From Candidatus Latescibacterota bacterium (lineage in GTDB: Bacteria > Latescibacterota > UBA2968 > GCA-2709665): 64,000 bases of DNA. This document shows, in pieces, positions 1 to 8,415 of this stretch; the first letter of the stretch is position 1, and each line of letters begins with the position of its first letter. A program made the position numbers and the translations under genes. Where the stretch lies: contig CAXXJS010000040.1 of the NCBI GenBank assembly GCA_963662665.2, forward strand, positions 32,001 through 96,000. The letters run 5' to 3'. The notes under the pieces are model-generated. The model ran no database searches and was not told the origin of the DNA. It saw only the letters and a list, made by a program, of their open reading frames with translations.

Positions 1-2
1 GT

Positions 3-1076
3 CCTCCAGCGCCGATACCACCCGTCTATCTGCCCTTTGGACACTTCCTGCAGGACGGCTGGATCCGGGGTCCGCGAAGGGCATATCCAATAACGGCCAC
101 GCTAATGGATACCTGGCAGACACTGTGGATAGGCACCGGCGGGCTGGGCGTCGGCAAGGCAGACATGACGGACCGACAACTCGAATTCCACCCATTCGGC
201 CCTCTGGACGAAAACGTCACGGCCATGGCCAGAGACGGAGACAGCATCTGGTTCGGGGGCAAGGGGGTCTATGGGATAAGGGAACAGGGAATTACGCGGT
301 ACAATCTTTCAACCCGGACGTGGGAGTACTTCGAGCCGGAGGACATCATGGGTCTGGACGAGGCCCGCATTTCCACCATTTTTACGGACGGCACCGCTGT
401 CTGGTTCGGCGCCTGGAACGGCCTGATCCGATATGCCCGTCACACGGATCAATGGATGACCTATCCTATGCCAAACCGTCGAGGGGTCACCGCCCTGGCA
501 AGGGCGAATTCCCGGCTCTGGATCGGCACACAGGCCGGACTGGCCGTGTTCGATACGCAGGCCGACACGATTCGTTGGGTAGACGGCAGTGAGGGTTTTT
601 CCATTCAGGCCATGGCCGTGGGCGCAGGCCACGTCTGGGCAGGCACCCATTCAGGCCTTTTTCGCTGTCCCGTGGACGATGTATCCTGGACGCCCGTCCG
701 AAGCCCCGGCGGTCTCACGTCCGGCGCCATCAACGGATTGGCCACCTGCAACGCAGAGGTGTGGGCAACCGTTGAATCGCCGTCGGCGCTCATTCATCTG
801 GCCGCGGCCGACACGGTATGGCAACGTTACGCGCTGCCCGAGATCCACGGCAACCTACGCGTTGCGATTGCTGCCGATACCAGCCGTGTATGGCTGGGAA
901 CCGACCTGGGCGCGTTCCACTTCAACGTTTCCACCCGTCTCTGGACGCGTTATACCCGCACCAACGGCCTGATCGACGACCGCACGCAGGCCGTACTCCT
1001 CCAGGACGACTACGTCTGGTTCGGCACGGAAAAGGGTGTGAGTCGATATAACTGGTCGCAAGACTTTTTTAGATAA
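3..1076 (+). CDS. Beta-propeller repeat protein (two-component regulator propeller/ligand-binding-sensor-like), 5' truncated by the window
   Basis: Frame is open from base 3. Repeated W(F/I/L)GTxxGL/V blades and a 'GLIDDRTQAV...VWFGTEKGVSRY' end. Confidence 0.75.
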   Translation, partial: PPAPIPPVYLPFGHFLQDGWIRGPRRAYPITATLMDTWQTLWIGTGGLGVGKADMTDRQLEFHPFGPLDENVTAMARDGDSIWFGGKGVYGIREQGITRYNLSTRTWEYFEPEDIMGLDEARISTIFTDGTAVWFGAWNGLIRYARHTDQWMTYPMPNRRGVTALARANSRLWIGTQAGLAVFDTQADTIRWVDGSEGFSIQAMAVGAGHVWAGTHSGLFRCPVDDVSWTPVRSPGGLTSGAINGLATCNAEVWATVESPSALIHLAAADTVWQRYALPEIHGNLRVAIAADTSRVWLGTDLGAFHFNVSTRLWTRYTRTNGLIDDRTQAVLLQDDYVWFGTEKGVSRYNWSQDFFR

Positions 1077-1132
1077 TTTATTGTTATTTACTGATTTAAT
1101 GTCGAGTGTGTCTCGCCTCTGCCAAAAAAAAC

Positions 1133-1161
1133 GTGACACAAACGGTCATTTTCCTTATCTT
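1133..1161 (+). promoter_or_regulatory. Putative sigma70 promoter for the BMC-hypothetical-degP genes
   Basis: GTGACA-N17-TATCTT in an AT-rich intergenic region. Confidence 0.4.
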
Positions 1162-1334
1162 TAGTTTCGGTATAAAATGTAACCAAAACGCTTGCCCGTT
1201 CCTATACCGAATGGTCCTGATGAACATTCCCCTTCTTCATCTGCTCAGTTGAACGAAAGCGGCCAATCCGAGTGTATCCGTCCGACCGGAATGGCCGCTG
1301 AATTGTTTGTGTATTTCGATTTCCGGGACCCCCG

Positions 1335-1784
1335 ATGGCAAAAAACGCGTTAGGTCTGATCGAAACTCGCGGATTCACCGGCGTCGTTGAAGCGGCAGAC
1401 GCGGCAGTCAAAGCCGCCGCCGTCGAACTAGCGGCCGTCGAAAAGATAGAGGGCGGTCTGGTATCCATTCGGATCCTGGGCGACGTTGGCGCCGTGCAAG
1501 CCGCTGTACAGGCGGCCGCTGAGGCCGCAGAGCAAGTCGGCCAACTGGTATCCCAGCACGTCATTCCCAACCCTCATGACGAACTGGTAGAGGTATTTGA
1601 ACTGAACGGGCCGCAACCCTCGTCACCCCGGGATCCCAACCTCGGCGGTCAATCGGTTGTACAACTCCGACGCCTGGCCAGACAGACGCCCGGCCTTTCC
1701 ATCAAGGGGCGTGAAATTTCCCGTGCCACCCGGCAGCAACTAATCCAGGCGCTCCTCAGCGCGGATGCCAACACCGACCAGTAA
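1335..1784 (+). CDS. Bacterial microcompartment hexamer shell protein (BMC-H, EutM/PduA-like) with C-terminal helical extension
   Basis: ALGLIETRGFTGVVEAADAAVKAAAVEL...GDVGAVQAAV...HVIPNPH is the BMC domain signature, followed by a ~55 aa tail. Confidence 0.92.
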   Translation: MAKNALGLIETRGFTGVVEAADAAVKAAAVELAAVEKIEGGLVSIRILGDVGAVQAAVQAAAEAAEQVGQLVSQHVIPNPHDELVEVFELNGPQPSSPRDPNLGGQSVVQLRRLARQTPGLSIKGREISRATRQQLIQALLSADANTDQ

Positions 1785-1801
1785 CGTCGAAGGAGACCGG
1801 G

Positions 1802-2146
1802 ATGGATACAGATACGCTTTGGGAACGCATTAAGAAAGGGATCATCGACAGTGCTGCAACGGCGGCCCACAAGGCCGAGCACCTCGGGAGAATCGGTCGC
1901 GCCAGGCTCGATATCGCGGGAACCCGCCATGCCATTCACGAAGCGTTTGCCGAACTGGGTGGCGCGGTCTATGCCCGTTTGTCCGAAGGTAGCGACGCCG
2001 GCGTCGCTCTAACGGACGACGTGCAGGATCTGGTGCGGAGAATCAACGAACTGGAAAGCCTGCTGCAGGAGCGGGAAATCCGCCTGAAGCGTCTGAAGGC
2101 CGGCAACAACCAGGAAGAAGAGAAGGCCGCAGAAGCGGAGACCTGA
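1802..2146 (+). CDS. Hypothetical alpha-helical/coiled-coil protein
   Basis: RBS AAGGAG upstream, tightly packed between the BMC gene and degP, heptad-like C-terminus. Confidence 0.75.
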   Translation: MDTDTLWERIKKGIIDSAATAAHKAEHLGRIGRARLDIAGTRHAIHEAFAELGGAVYARLSEGSDAGVALTDDVQDLVRRINELESLLQEREIRLKRLKAGNNQEEEKAAEAET

Positions 2147-2165
2147 CCTCTTTGGACCTATCGGC

Positions 2166-3548
2166 ATGACACCGCAACCGAACCGTGTCCGCCGGACTGT
2201 GTTCCTTGGCGTCCTCTTCCTGTTTTGCGTCCGGACTGCCTGGACCGCCAGTTCGGATGGGTCATTCGCCGATGTCGCCAGGCTCGTCAGGCCCGTGGTC
2301 GTCAGCATCTCCGCGAACAGCGCTTACGGCAGGGAGATCTCCCGTTCCGGGCTGCGCCAGGGCCCTTCGGCGTTGCGTTACGGATCCGGCTTTGTCCTGG
2401 ACGATATCGGGCATATCCTGACGAGCAACCACGTTATAGAAGGCGCCATACGTATTCAGGTCGGATTTTCCGATGGCACGGAATATGCCGCTGAAATCGT
2501 CGGACAGGATCCCGACACCGACCTCGCGCTCCTGAGGCTTCTTTCGGCAGCCCCGATCGATCGTTCACGTATTGCACGGCTTGGCACCTCCGATTCCGTG
2601 AGGGTCGGCGACTGGGTCATGGCCGTCGGCAGTCCGTTCGGCTTTCATCATACGGTCAGCGTCGGTGTAATCAGCGCCAAAGGGCGTCATCTGGAAAGAA
2701 TCCAGGGCGATATCCCGGCACCGCCCTTTCAAGATTTCTTGCAGACGGACGCGTCCATCAATCCCGGCAACAGCGGCGGGCCTCTGGTGAATCGCGCCGG
2801 GCGGGTCGTGGGCGTAAACACCGCGTACAATCCCGCCGGATCCGGCATCGGGTTCGCCATCCCGATCAACGTTGCCGGAAGGGTTGCGGCGCAACTGCGT
2901 CAACACGGGGAAGTCATCCGGGGATATCTGGGTATCCATCCCCAGGATGTTACGTCCGATCTTGCCGACGCGCTGGAACTGGACTCGACATCCGGCATAC
3001 TGATCGGGGAAGTTCAGTCGGACAGCCCGGCGGGGCGAAGCGGCCTCAAGAGAGGCGACATCATCAGGACACTCGATGACGAAGCCGTCATCGATGCTGA
3101 AGGTTTCCAGAACAGGATTACCAGGTACCGTCCAGGGGAATCCGTTGCGCTTTCCGTCCTTCGCGACGGGATGCCGTTGAGGATTTCCTGCACGCTCGGC
3201 CGGCGGCGGAAGCAGCCGAGGCCACCCGGCCGGATTCAAACCAACATTTCAAATTGGCCCGGGCTTGAGGTCAAGAATCGCTCAGATTGGGAAAGCGGCC
3301 GCCTGCAAGCGTCCAGAACCGGACCCGGCGTTGTGGTACACTACGTGGCGCCAGGAAGTCCGGCGGAAAAAAAAGAAATCGAACGCGGCGATGCGATCCT
3401 TGAAATCGACGGTGTTGCCATCTCAAGCGTCCGAGACTACCACAAGATGGTAGAAAAGATCCGGGGGGCCGTCAGGCCCGGCCTCTTTCTGATCTTGAAA
3501 AAGGACGATGGCAACACGCGATTCATTGCCCTCCGACCGGGACATTGA
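2166..3548 (+). CDS. degP: HtrA/DegP (Do family) serine protease with two PDZ domains
   Basis: Signal peptide, GSGFV, TSNHV, DLALL, QTDASINPGNSGGPL and two PDZ-like repeats. Confidence 0.92.
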   Translation: MTPQPNRVRRTVFLGVLFLFCVRTAWTASSDGSFADVARLVRPVVVSISANSAYGREISRSGLRQGPSALRYGSGFVLDDIGHILTSNHVIEGAIRIQVGFSDGTEYAAEIVGQDPDTDLALLRLLSAAPIDRSRIARLGTSDSVRVGDWVMAVGSPFGFHHTVSVGVISAKGRHLERIQGDIPAPPFQDFLQTDASINPGNSGGPLVNRAGRVVGVNTAYNPAGSGIGFAIPINVAGRVAAQLRQHGEVIRGYLGIHPQDVTSDLADALELDSTSGILIGEVQSDSPAGRSGLKRGDIIRTLDDEAVIDAEGFQNRITRYRPGESVALSVLRDGMPLRISCTLGRRRKQPRPPGRIQTNISNWPGLEVKNRSDWESGRLQASRTGPGVVVHYVAPGSPAEKKEIERGDAILEIDGVAISSVRDYHKMVEKIRGAVRPGLFLILKKDDGNTRFIALRPGH

Positions 3549-3787
3549 TCCCTCTTCAGCCAGACGCTGAAGTTCATCCGGCCGTCTGAAAGGAGGCCAA
3601 TCCTTATGTAACGTATTCCAGCTCTTCAGTATCCACATCGTGAAAAGCAAGGTTCGCTAAGGACAGTCTGAATCCCCTTCGAGAAACTCAGTCGTTTCTC
3701 CCGAACTGATTTCTCGGCTCACAGTCCGGCTCCGAGAGACCCCGGCCAACTGAACCGACCTTCCCCGGTGCAACGAAAGGCTGACGT

Positions 3788-4645
3788 GTGTCCAAGCTAG
3801 CCAAAAGGCCCTACGCGCGCGAAGATGAATCCTTAGATCAGTACCTTCAGGAAATCGGCGAAGTCGATCTTCTCACGGCAAATGAAGAAATCACCCTCGC
3901 CAAGAGAATCAAGAAGGGCGACCAGGATGCCCTCGAAAAGTTGACCAAAGCCAACCTGAGATTTGTTGTCAGCGTTGCCAAACAATACCAGAATCAGGGT
4001 CTCTCAATGGGAGACCTGATCAACGAGGGAAATCTGGGCCTCATAAAAGCTGCCAAACGCTTTGACGAGACAAAGGGCTTCAAGTTTATCTCCTATGCCG
4101 TCTGGTGGATCAGGCAGGCCATCCTCCAGGCTCTTGCCGAGCAATCCAGAATTGTACGGTTGCCCCTGAACCGGGTGGGCGCCCTGCACAAGATCGGCAA
4201 GGCATCCAGCGGGCTGGAGCAGGAATACGGACGAGAGCCCAGCCCCAGCGAAATTGCCGACGAACTTGAAATGAGCGACTACGAGGTGATGGATACGCTC
4301 AAGATCTCCAGCCGACACCTTTCGCTTGACGCCCCGTTCAGCGAGAGTGAAGACAATAGTCTGCTGGACATCCTCGAAGATCAGTTGCAGCCGCCGCCCG
4401 ACGAATCGCTTATAGACGATTCACTTCACCGCGAAGTCGAGAAAGCGCTGGCAACCCTTACTCCCAGGGAAGCCGAAGTGATCAGCCTTTACTTTGGCAT
4501 CAACCGGGAGCATCCGCTCACCCTGGAGGAAATCGGAGAACGTTTCGGATTAACCCGCGAGCGGGTCCGCCAGATCAAGGAAAAAGCCATTCACAGGCTG
4601 CGCCACAACTCCAGAAGCCGCCCCCTCAAGGCGTATCTTCATTGA
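3788..4645 (+). CDS. rpoD: RNA polymerase sigma70 factor, RpoD/SigA family (short form without region 1.1)
   Basis: [38 protein letters not shown] and [24 protein letters not shown] start with AAAGG upstream. Confidence 0.93.
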   Translation: MSKLAKRPYAREDESLDQYLQEIGEVDLLTANEEITLAKRIKKGDQDALEKLTKANLRFVVSVAKQYQNQGLSMGDLINEGNLGLIKAAKRFDETKGFKFISYAVWWIRQAILQALAEQSRIVRLPLNRVGALHKIGKASSGLEQEYGREPSPSEIADELEMSDYEVMDTLKISSRHLSLDAPFSESEDNSLLDILEDQLQPPPDESLIDDSLHREVEKALATLTPREAEVISLYFGINREHPLTLEEIGERFGLTRERVRQIKEKAIHRLRHNSRSRPLKAYLH

Positions 4646-4660
4646 AGATGCCGCACCGAC

Positions 4661-4702
4661 AAAGCCACAGCCAACGTTACCCGATGGCTGTGGCCTTTTT
4701 TT
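4661..4702 (+). terminator. Rho-independent terminator after rpoD
   Basis: GCCACAGCCA...TGGCTGTGGC stem followed by a T-tract. Confidence 0.8.
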
Positions 4703-4829
4703 GTCCTGGCGACTGAGACGATCTCGCCCGCCGGCACTTGACGGAACCACGCGAAACATATACATTTGGAAACCCTGCGACGCCCTGCAAACCGTTCAAC
4801 AACCTCATTCACCGAAAGGATTCAGACCC

Positions 4830-5081
4830 ATGTCGAACAGTAAATCGATAAAGTCGCTGCTGGTTGTCGTCGCTTTCCTGCTGATTGCCAACCTGATCCG
4901 GCCCCTCTGGACCCCGGGCACGGCCCATGCCCAGGATGAGGGGGCAGCCGCCAACCTCGCCATAACCGGCGCAGGTACGAGCGCCTGGATCATTAAGGAC
5001 AGTAACCTTTACTACGCAATCTACGAAAAGCAGTACGAGTCCATCCGCGTTTACGGTCCCGAAGAACTGCCGGAAGAGTGA
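4830..5081 (+). CDS. Small secreted/membrane-anchored hypothetical protein
   Basis: AAAGGA RBS before ATG 4830. Hydrophobic N-terminus ending in an AHA-Q signal-peptidase-like site. Confidence 0.65.
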   Translation: MSNSKSIKSLLVVVAFLLIANLIRPLWTPGTAHAQDEGAAANLAITGAGTSAWIIKDSNLYYAIYEKQYESIRVYGPEELPEE

Positions 5082-5168
5082 TCACCGCCATGGGTCTTCA
5101 AACAGTATCTCCAATGCGCCGGTATTGTCGCCCCGAGTCCCCTCCGAACCACATAGCCTGAGGCATTC

Positions 5169-7634
5169 ATGAGGACCTTCCGGGAACAGAACCGGCTCAT
5201 TGGCGCCCTGATTTTTCTGATCACGTGTTTCGTCTACGTCCGAACCGTTGCGCCAACGGTCACGTTCTGGGACACCGGTGAATTCATCGCCGCTTCGTAC
5301 ATCCTTGGCGTTCCGCATCCGCCCGGCGCGCCGTTTCATACCCTGCTGGGCCGCATCTTCACGCTCTTCGCGAACCCCGAAAACGTCGCCTTCAGCGTGA
5401 ACCTGATTTCGGTGCTTGCCAGCGCCACAACGGCCCTCCTGCTCTACTTCTGCAGCGTCCGTCTGCTCACCCGGTGGCTCAATCCAGGCCGCATTTCCGA
5501 CCGCATCGCCATCCTGACCGGCGGCGCGGTCGCGGCTCTTTCCGTCGCGTTCTCCACGTCCTTCTGGGCAAATGCCACCGAGGCCGAAGTCTATTCGCTG
5601 TCCATGCTGTTCACCGTCCTCGCATTCTACCTGGCCCTGCGCTGGGACGGCGCCCCTGAAGACAGGTATCGCGACCGCCGGCTCGTATTCATCGTTTACC
5701 TCTTCTTTCTGGGCGCGGGCGTGCATCTTCAGTGCCTGCTCACCGTGCCCGGAATTCTAATCCTGGTCTTCTCAGATCTGCTCAGGGACCGGTCAGTTTC
5801 CGTGCAGGCGGCCGTTGTCATCGGACTTACGTTATTTCCCTTTCTCTGCATCATCTCTCCTTTTGAGGTCACCGTTGTTCTGGCACTTGCCATACTTGCA
5901 GTACTCCTGGCACTTCGTCCGGCCTGGCGTCATCCCGCGTTCTGGCTGTGCGCCCTCGGGATGATCGCCCTCGGATATTCCACGTACGTCATGCTCTACA
6001 TCCGTTCGGGCCTGGATCCCTTCGTGGATATGAACAATCCCGAGACCCTCGAGAATTTCAAGGCCTTCCTCACCCGCCAGCAATACGGCGTCCATTCCAT
6101 TTTTCCCCGCCGGGGTGATTTCTGGGACTTTCAGTTCAACATCCACGTCAAATATTTCCTCCAGCAATTCCCATTTTACGATCAGGGGCTCGTCGGCCGC
6201 TTCTTCTCGGAAACACTGCCCGGGTTCACGGAACGATTTTCCATCGGCGCGATGCTGTCCGGGACGTTCCGCAGGGCCGTGGCCACGATGGACGGCAACC
6301 GGGAAACCATCGCGTATTCGGTTGTGCCAATTCTCCTGGGAATCGTCGGAGCGATCAGTCACTTCCGCAGAGACTGGAAGCGATTTGCCAGCGTATTCTC
6401 CATGTTTCTGCTCATGGGGCTCGGACTGGTCCTGTATCTGAATATGCCGGACCCCGAACCCCGCGAGCGGGAGTACATCTTTCTTGGCGCGTACACATTC
6501 TTCGGGCTGTGGATCGGCGTCGGAGCCGCTGCCCTCATTGTCGCCGTTGCGCGCGGTCACGCCGCGGTTCCCGCGGCCGCACTGGTCGCGGCGCTGTCCT
6601 TGACGGTGCCGGCAGGCCTCCTCCAGAAGAACTACCACGAGCGAGACCGTAGCGGAGACTTCATTGCGCACGACTATGCCCGGAACATTCTGGACTCCTG
6701 CGAGCCCAACGCCATCCTCTTCACCAACGGAGACAACGACACCTACCCGTTGTGGTTTCTCCAATACGTCAAGGGCGTCCGGCGGGACGTCCGGGTGGTC
6801 AACCTCAGCCTGCTCAAAACCACATGGTACGTCAGACAACTGCGCGACCTGGATCCGAGACTGCCTATTTCTATGACGGATGCAGACATCGATGAACGGG
6901 TCGTTGCCCGCCCCTGGCCCAACCGGTTTGACTTCCAGCTCGCCGACAGTACGATTATCGTCAAGGCCGAAGACATCCCCCTCACCGAATTTCCCGTTGG
7001 TAACCGGCGCGTGAACATCCTGGAATCTCACACCTACATGATCTGGTACCTGGTTGAACACATTGACTGGCAGCGCCCGATATATTTCGCGGTTACCGTA
7101 CCCGAACGCAACATGGGCGGTCTCCGGTCCTATCTCTCGATGGAAGGCATGGTTTACCGTCTTGTCAGACAGCGGGCCCCCGGACAGTTCGACGCCGGAT
7201 TGACCTCCCGGCATCTGCTTGACAATTACCGCTATACTGGAATTTCCGACGAGACCGTGTACAAGGACCCCGTAGCCCGGCGCCTCATCAGCAATTACCT
7301 GGTTATCTTCGAAGGCCTGGTGCGGGCGTTGCATCTTCAGGACAGTCCGTCCGAAGCCCTTCGTGTCATCCGGGTCGCGGAGAACACGATTCCTCCCGAA
7401 TCGGTGGGGGCTGACGTATGGTACTCGCTGATGCACAGCAGTTACCGGCAGCTTGCGGTCAGCTTTCTTCGCGCGGGTAAAAGAGACAGTGCGATCCTCT
7501 GCCTCGAGGAACTGATCCGCATCAATCCGAACGAGGAAGAGCGAAAGCGCATTCGCGCGGATATTCAGTTCCTTGTCCCAGCCGTAAAAACCCGTTCCGA
7601 AGATGAAGCGGTGGGAGATTCAATGGGCAACTAA
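5169..7634 (+). CDS. DUF2723 family GT-C membrane glycosyltransferase (TMEM260-like)
   Basis: TVTFWDTGEFIAA..LGVPHPPGAPF, FWANATEAEVY, REREY, LFTNGDNDTYPLW and RVVNLSLL motifs, multiple TM helices. Confidence 0.88.
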   Translation: MRTFREQNRLIGALIFLITCFVYVRTVAPTVTFWDTGEFIAASYILGVPHPPGAPFHTLLGRIFTLFANPENVAFSVNLISVLASATTALLLYFCSVRLLTRWLNPGRISDRIAILTGGAVAALSVAFSTSFWANATEAEVYSLSMLFTVLAFYLALRWDGAPEDRYRDRRLVFIVYLFFLGAGVHLQCLLTVPGILILVFSDLLRDRSVSVQAAVVIGLTLFPFLCIISPFEVTVVLALAILAVLLALRPAWRHPAFWLCALGMIALGYSTYVMLYIRSGLDPFVDMNNPETLENFKAFLTRQQYGVHSIFPRRGDFWDFQFNIHVKYFLQQFPFYDQGLVGRFFSETLPGFTERFSIGAMLSGTFRRAVATMDGNRETIAYSVVPILLGIVGAISHFRRDWKRFASVFSMFLLMGLGLVLYLNMPDPEPREREYIFLGAYTFFGLWIGVGAAALIVAVARGHAAVPAAALVAALSLTVPAGLLQKNYHERDRSGDFIAHDYARNILDSCEPNAILFTNGDNDTYPLWFLQYVKGVRRDVRVVNLSLLKTTWYVRQLRDLDPRLPISMTDADIDERVVARPWPNRFDFQLADSTIIVKAEDIPLTEFPVGNRRVNILESHTYMIWYLVEHIDWQRPIYFAVTVPERNMGGLRSYLSMEGMVYRLVRQRAPGQFDAGLTSRHLLDNYRYTGISDETVYKDPVARRLISNYLVIFEGLVRALHLQDSPSEALRVIRVAENTIPPESVGADVWYSLMHSSYRQLAVSFLRAGKRDSAILCLEELIRINPNEEERKRIRADIQFLVPAVKTRSEDEAVGDSMGN

Positions 7635-7662
7635 CCGAAGACATTCGCGCCACAATAGAGAC

Positions 7663-7693
7663 GGGCCGCCTGCAAGATTCAGGCGGCCCTTTC
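7663..7693. terminator. Hairpin terminator between convergent DUF2723 and rhomboid genes
   Basis: GGGCCGCCTG-caagatt-CAGGCGGCCC-TTT. Confidence 0.6.
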
Positions 7694-7718
7694 CCGTGAC
7701 CAATCTTATTGCTCGTTT

Positions 7719-8411
7719 TCAAATAGCCCGGCGGCCCGTCCTGAATCCCCGGCTGTGCCAGCGCATCACGACGTAACCGGCAATAAACCCGCCGACGTGG
7801 GCAAACCAGGCCACCCCGCCGCCCACGCCGCCCGAGTCGGCCGAAGCGTTTACCAGCTGGATAATAAACCAGATGCCCAGAACCAGCAGGGCGGGCACCC
7901 GCACGATCTGGATAAAGAACAGCAAGAAAACAAAGACATGCACACGCGCGCCGGGAAAGCGGGCAAGGTAGGCCCCAAGGATTCCTGCAATCGCTCCGCT
8001 GGCGCCCACCATGGGTATGGTCGAATCCGGATCCGAGAGAATATGGCCAAGCGCGGCCGCCACACCACAAAGAACGTAGAACAGCAAGAACCGCAACCGC
8101 CCCAGCGTATCTTCTACGTTATTGCCGAAAATCCAGAGATAGAGCATGTTTCCGCCGAGATGCATCCAGCCGCCGTGCATGAACATCGACGTAAGGAACG
8201 TGAGATAGAGTGGAATCGGCGTTGGCGAAATGGCATCCACGCCATGGGCGACTTCAAATGGAATCAGACCCATCCGAAGCGTAAATACGTCGAAGCCAAT
8301 GGATCCCAGGGCAATAGAATAAAAAAAGACTCCCACGTTCAGCAGGAGGATGCTTAGCGTCAATACCGGGGCGCGGCGTGTCGGATTGTCATCTTTGATG
8401 GGGAGTATCAT
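7719..8411 (-). CDS. Rhomboid family intramembrane serine protease
   Basis: SMFMHGGWMHLGGNMLYLWIFG, GASG catalytic Ser and VAWFAHVGGF. Start set to MILPIKDDNP. Confidence 0.92.
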   Translation of the reverse strand: MILPIKDDNPTRRAPVLTLSILLLNVGVFFYSIALGSIGFDVFTLRMGLIPFEVAHGVDAISPTPIPLYLTFLTSMFMHGGWMHLGGNMLYLWIFGNNVEDTLGRLRFLLFYVLCGVAAALGHILSDPDSTIPMVGASGAIAGILGAYLARFPGARVHVFVFLLFFIQIVRVPALLVLGIWFIIQLVNASADSGGVGGGVAWFAHVGGFIAGYVVMRWHSRGFRTGRRAI

Positions 8412-8415
8412 CTGC

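Noticed and set aside
1217-1301. Hammerhead-ribozyme-like CTGATGA...GAAA followed by a perfect stem
   Set aside because: The cleavage triplet would end in G, stem II does not close (A..C) and no stem I pairing is present.
1335-1784. Complete metabolosome (eut/pdu/pvm) locus
   Set aside because: Only one shell gene is present, with no BMC-P, aldehyde dehydrogenase or signature enzyme in the window.
5832-7436. Long antisense ORFs (also 20047..21615, 32672..34018, 38619..40181, 45021..46619, 48064..49506)
   Set aside because: They shadow well-supported genes on the opposite strand, as expected at high GC, and contain no recognisable motifs.
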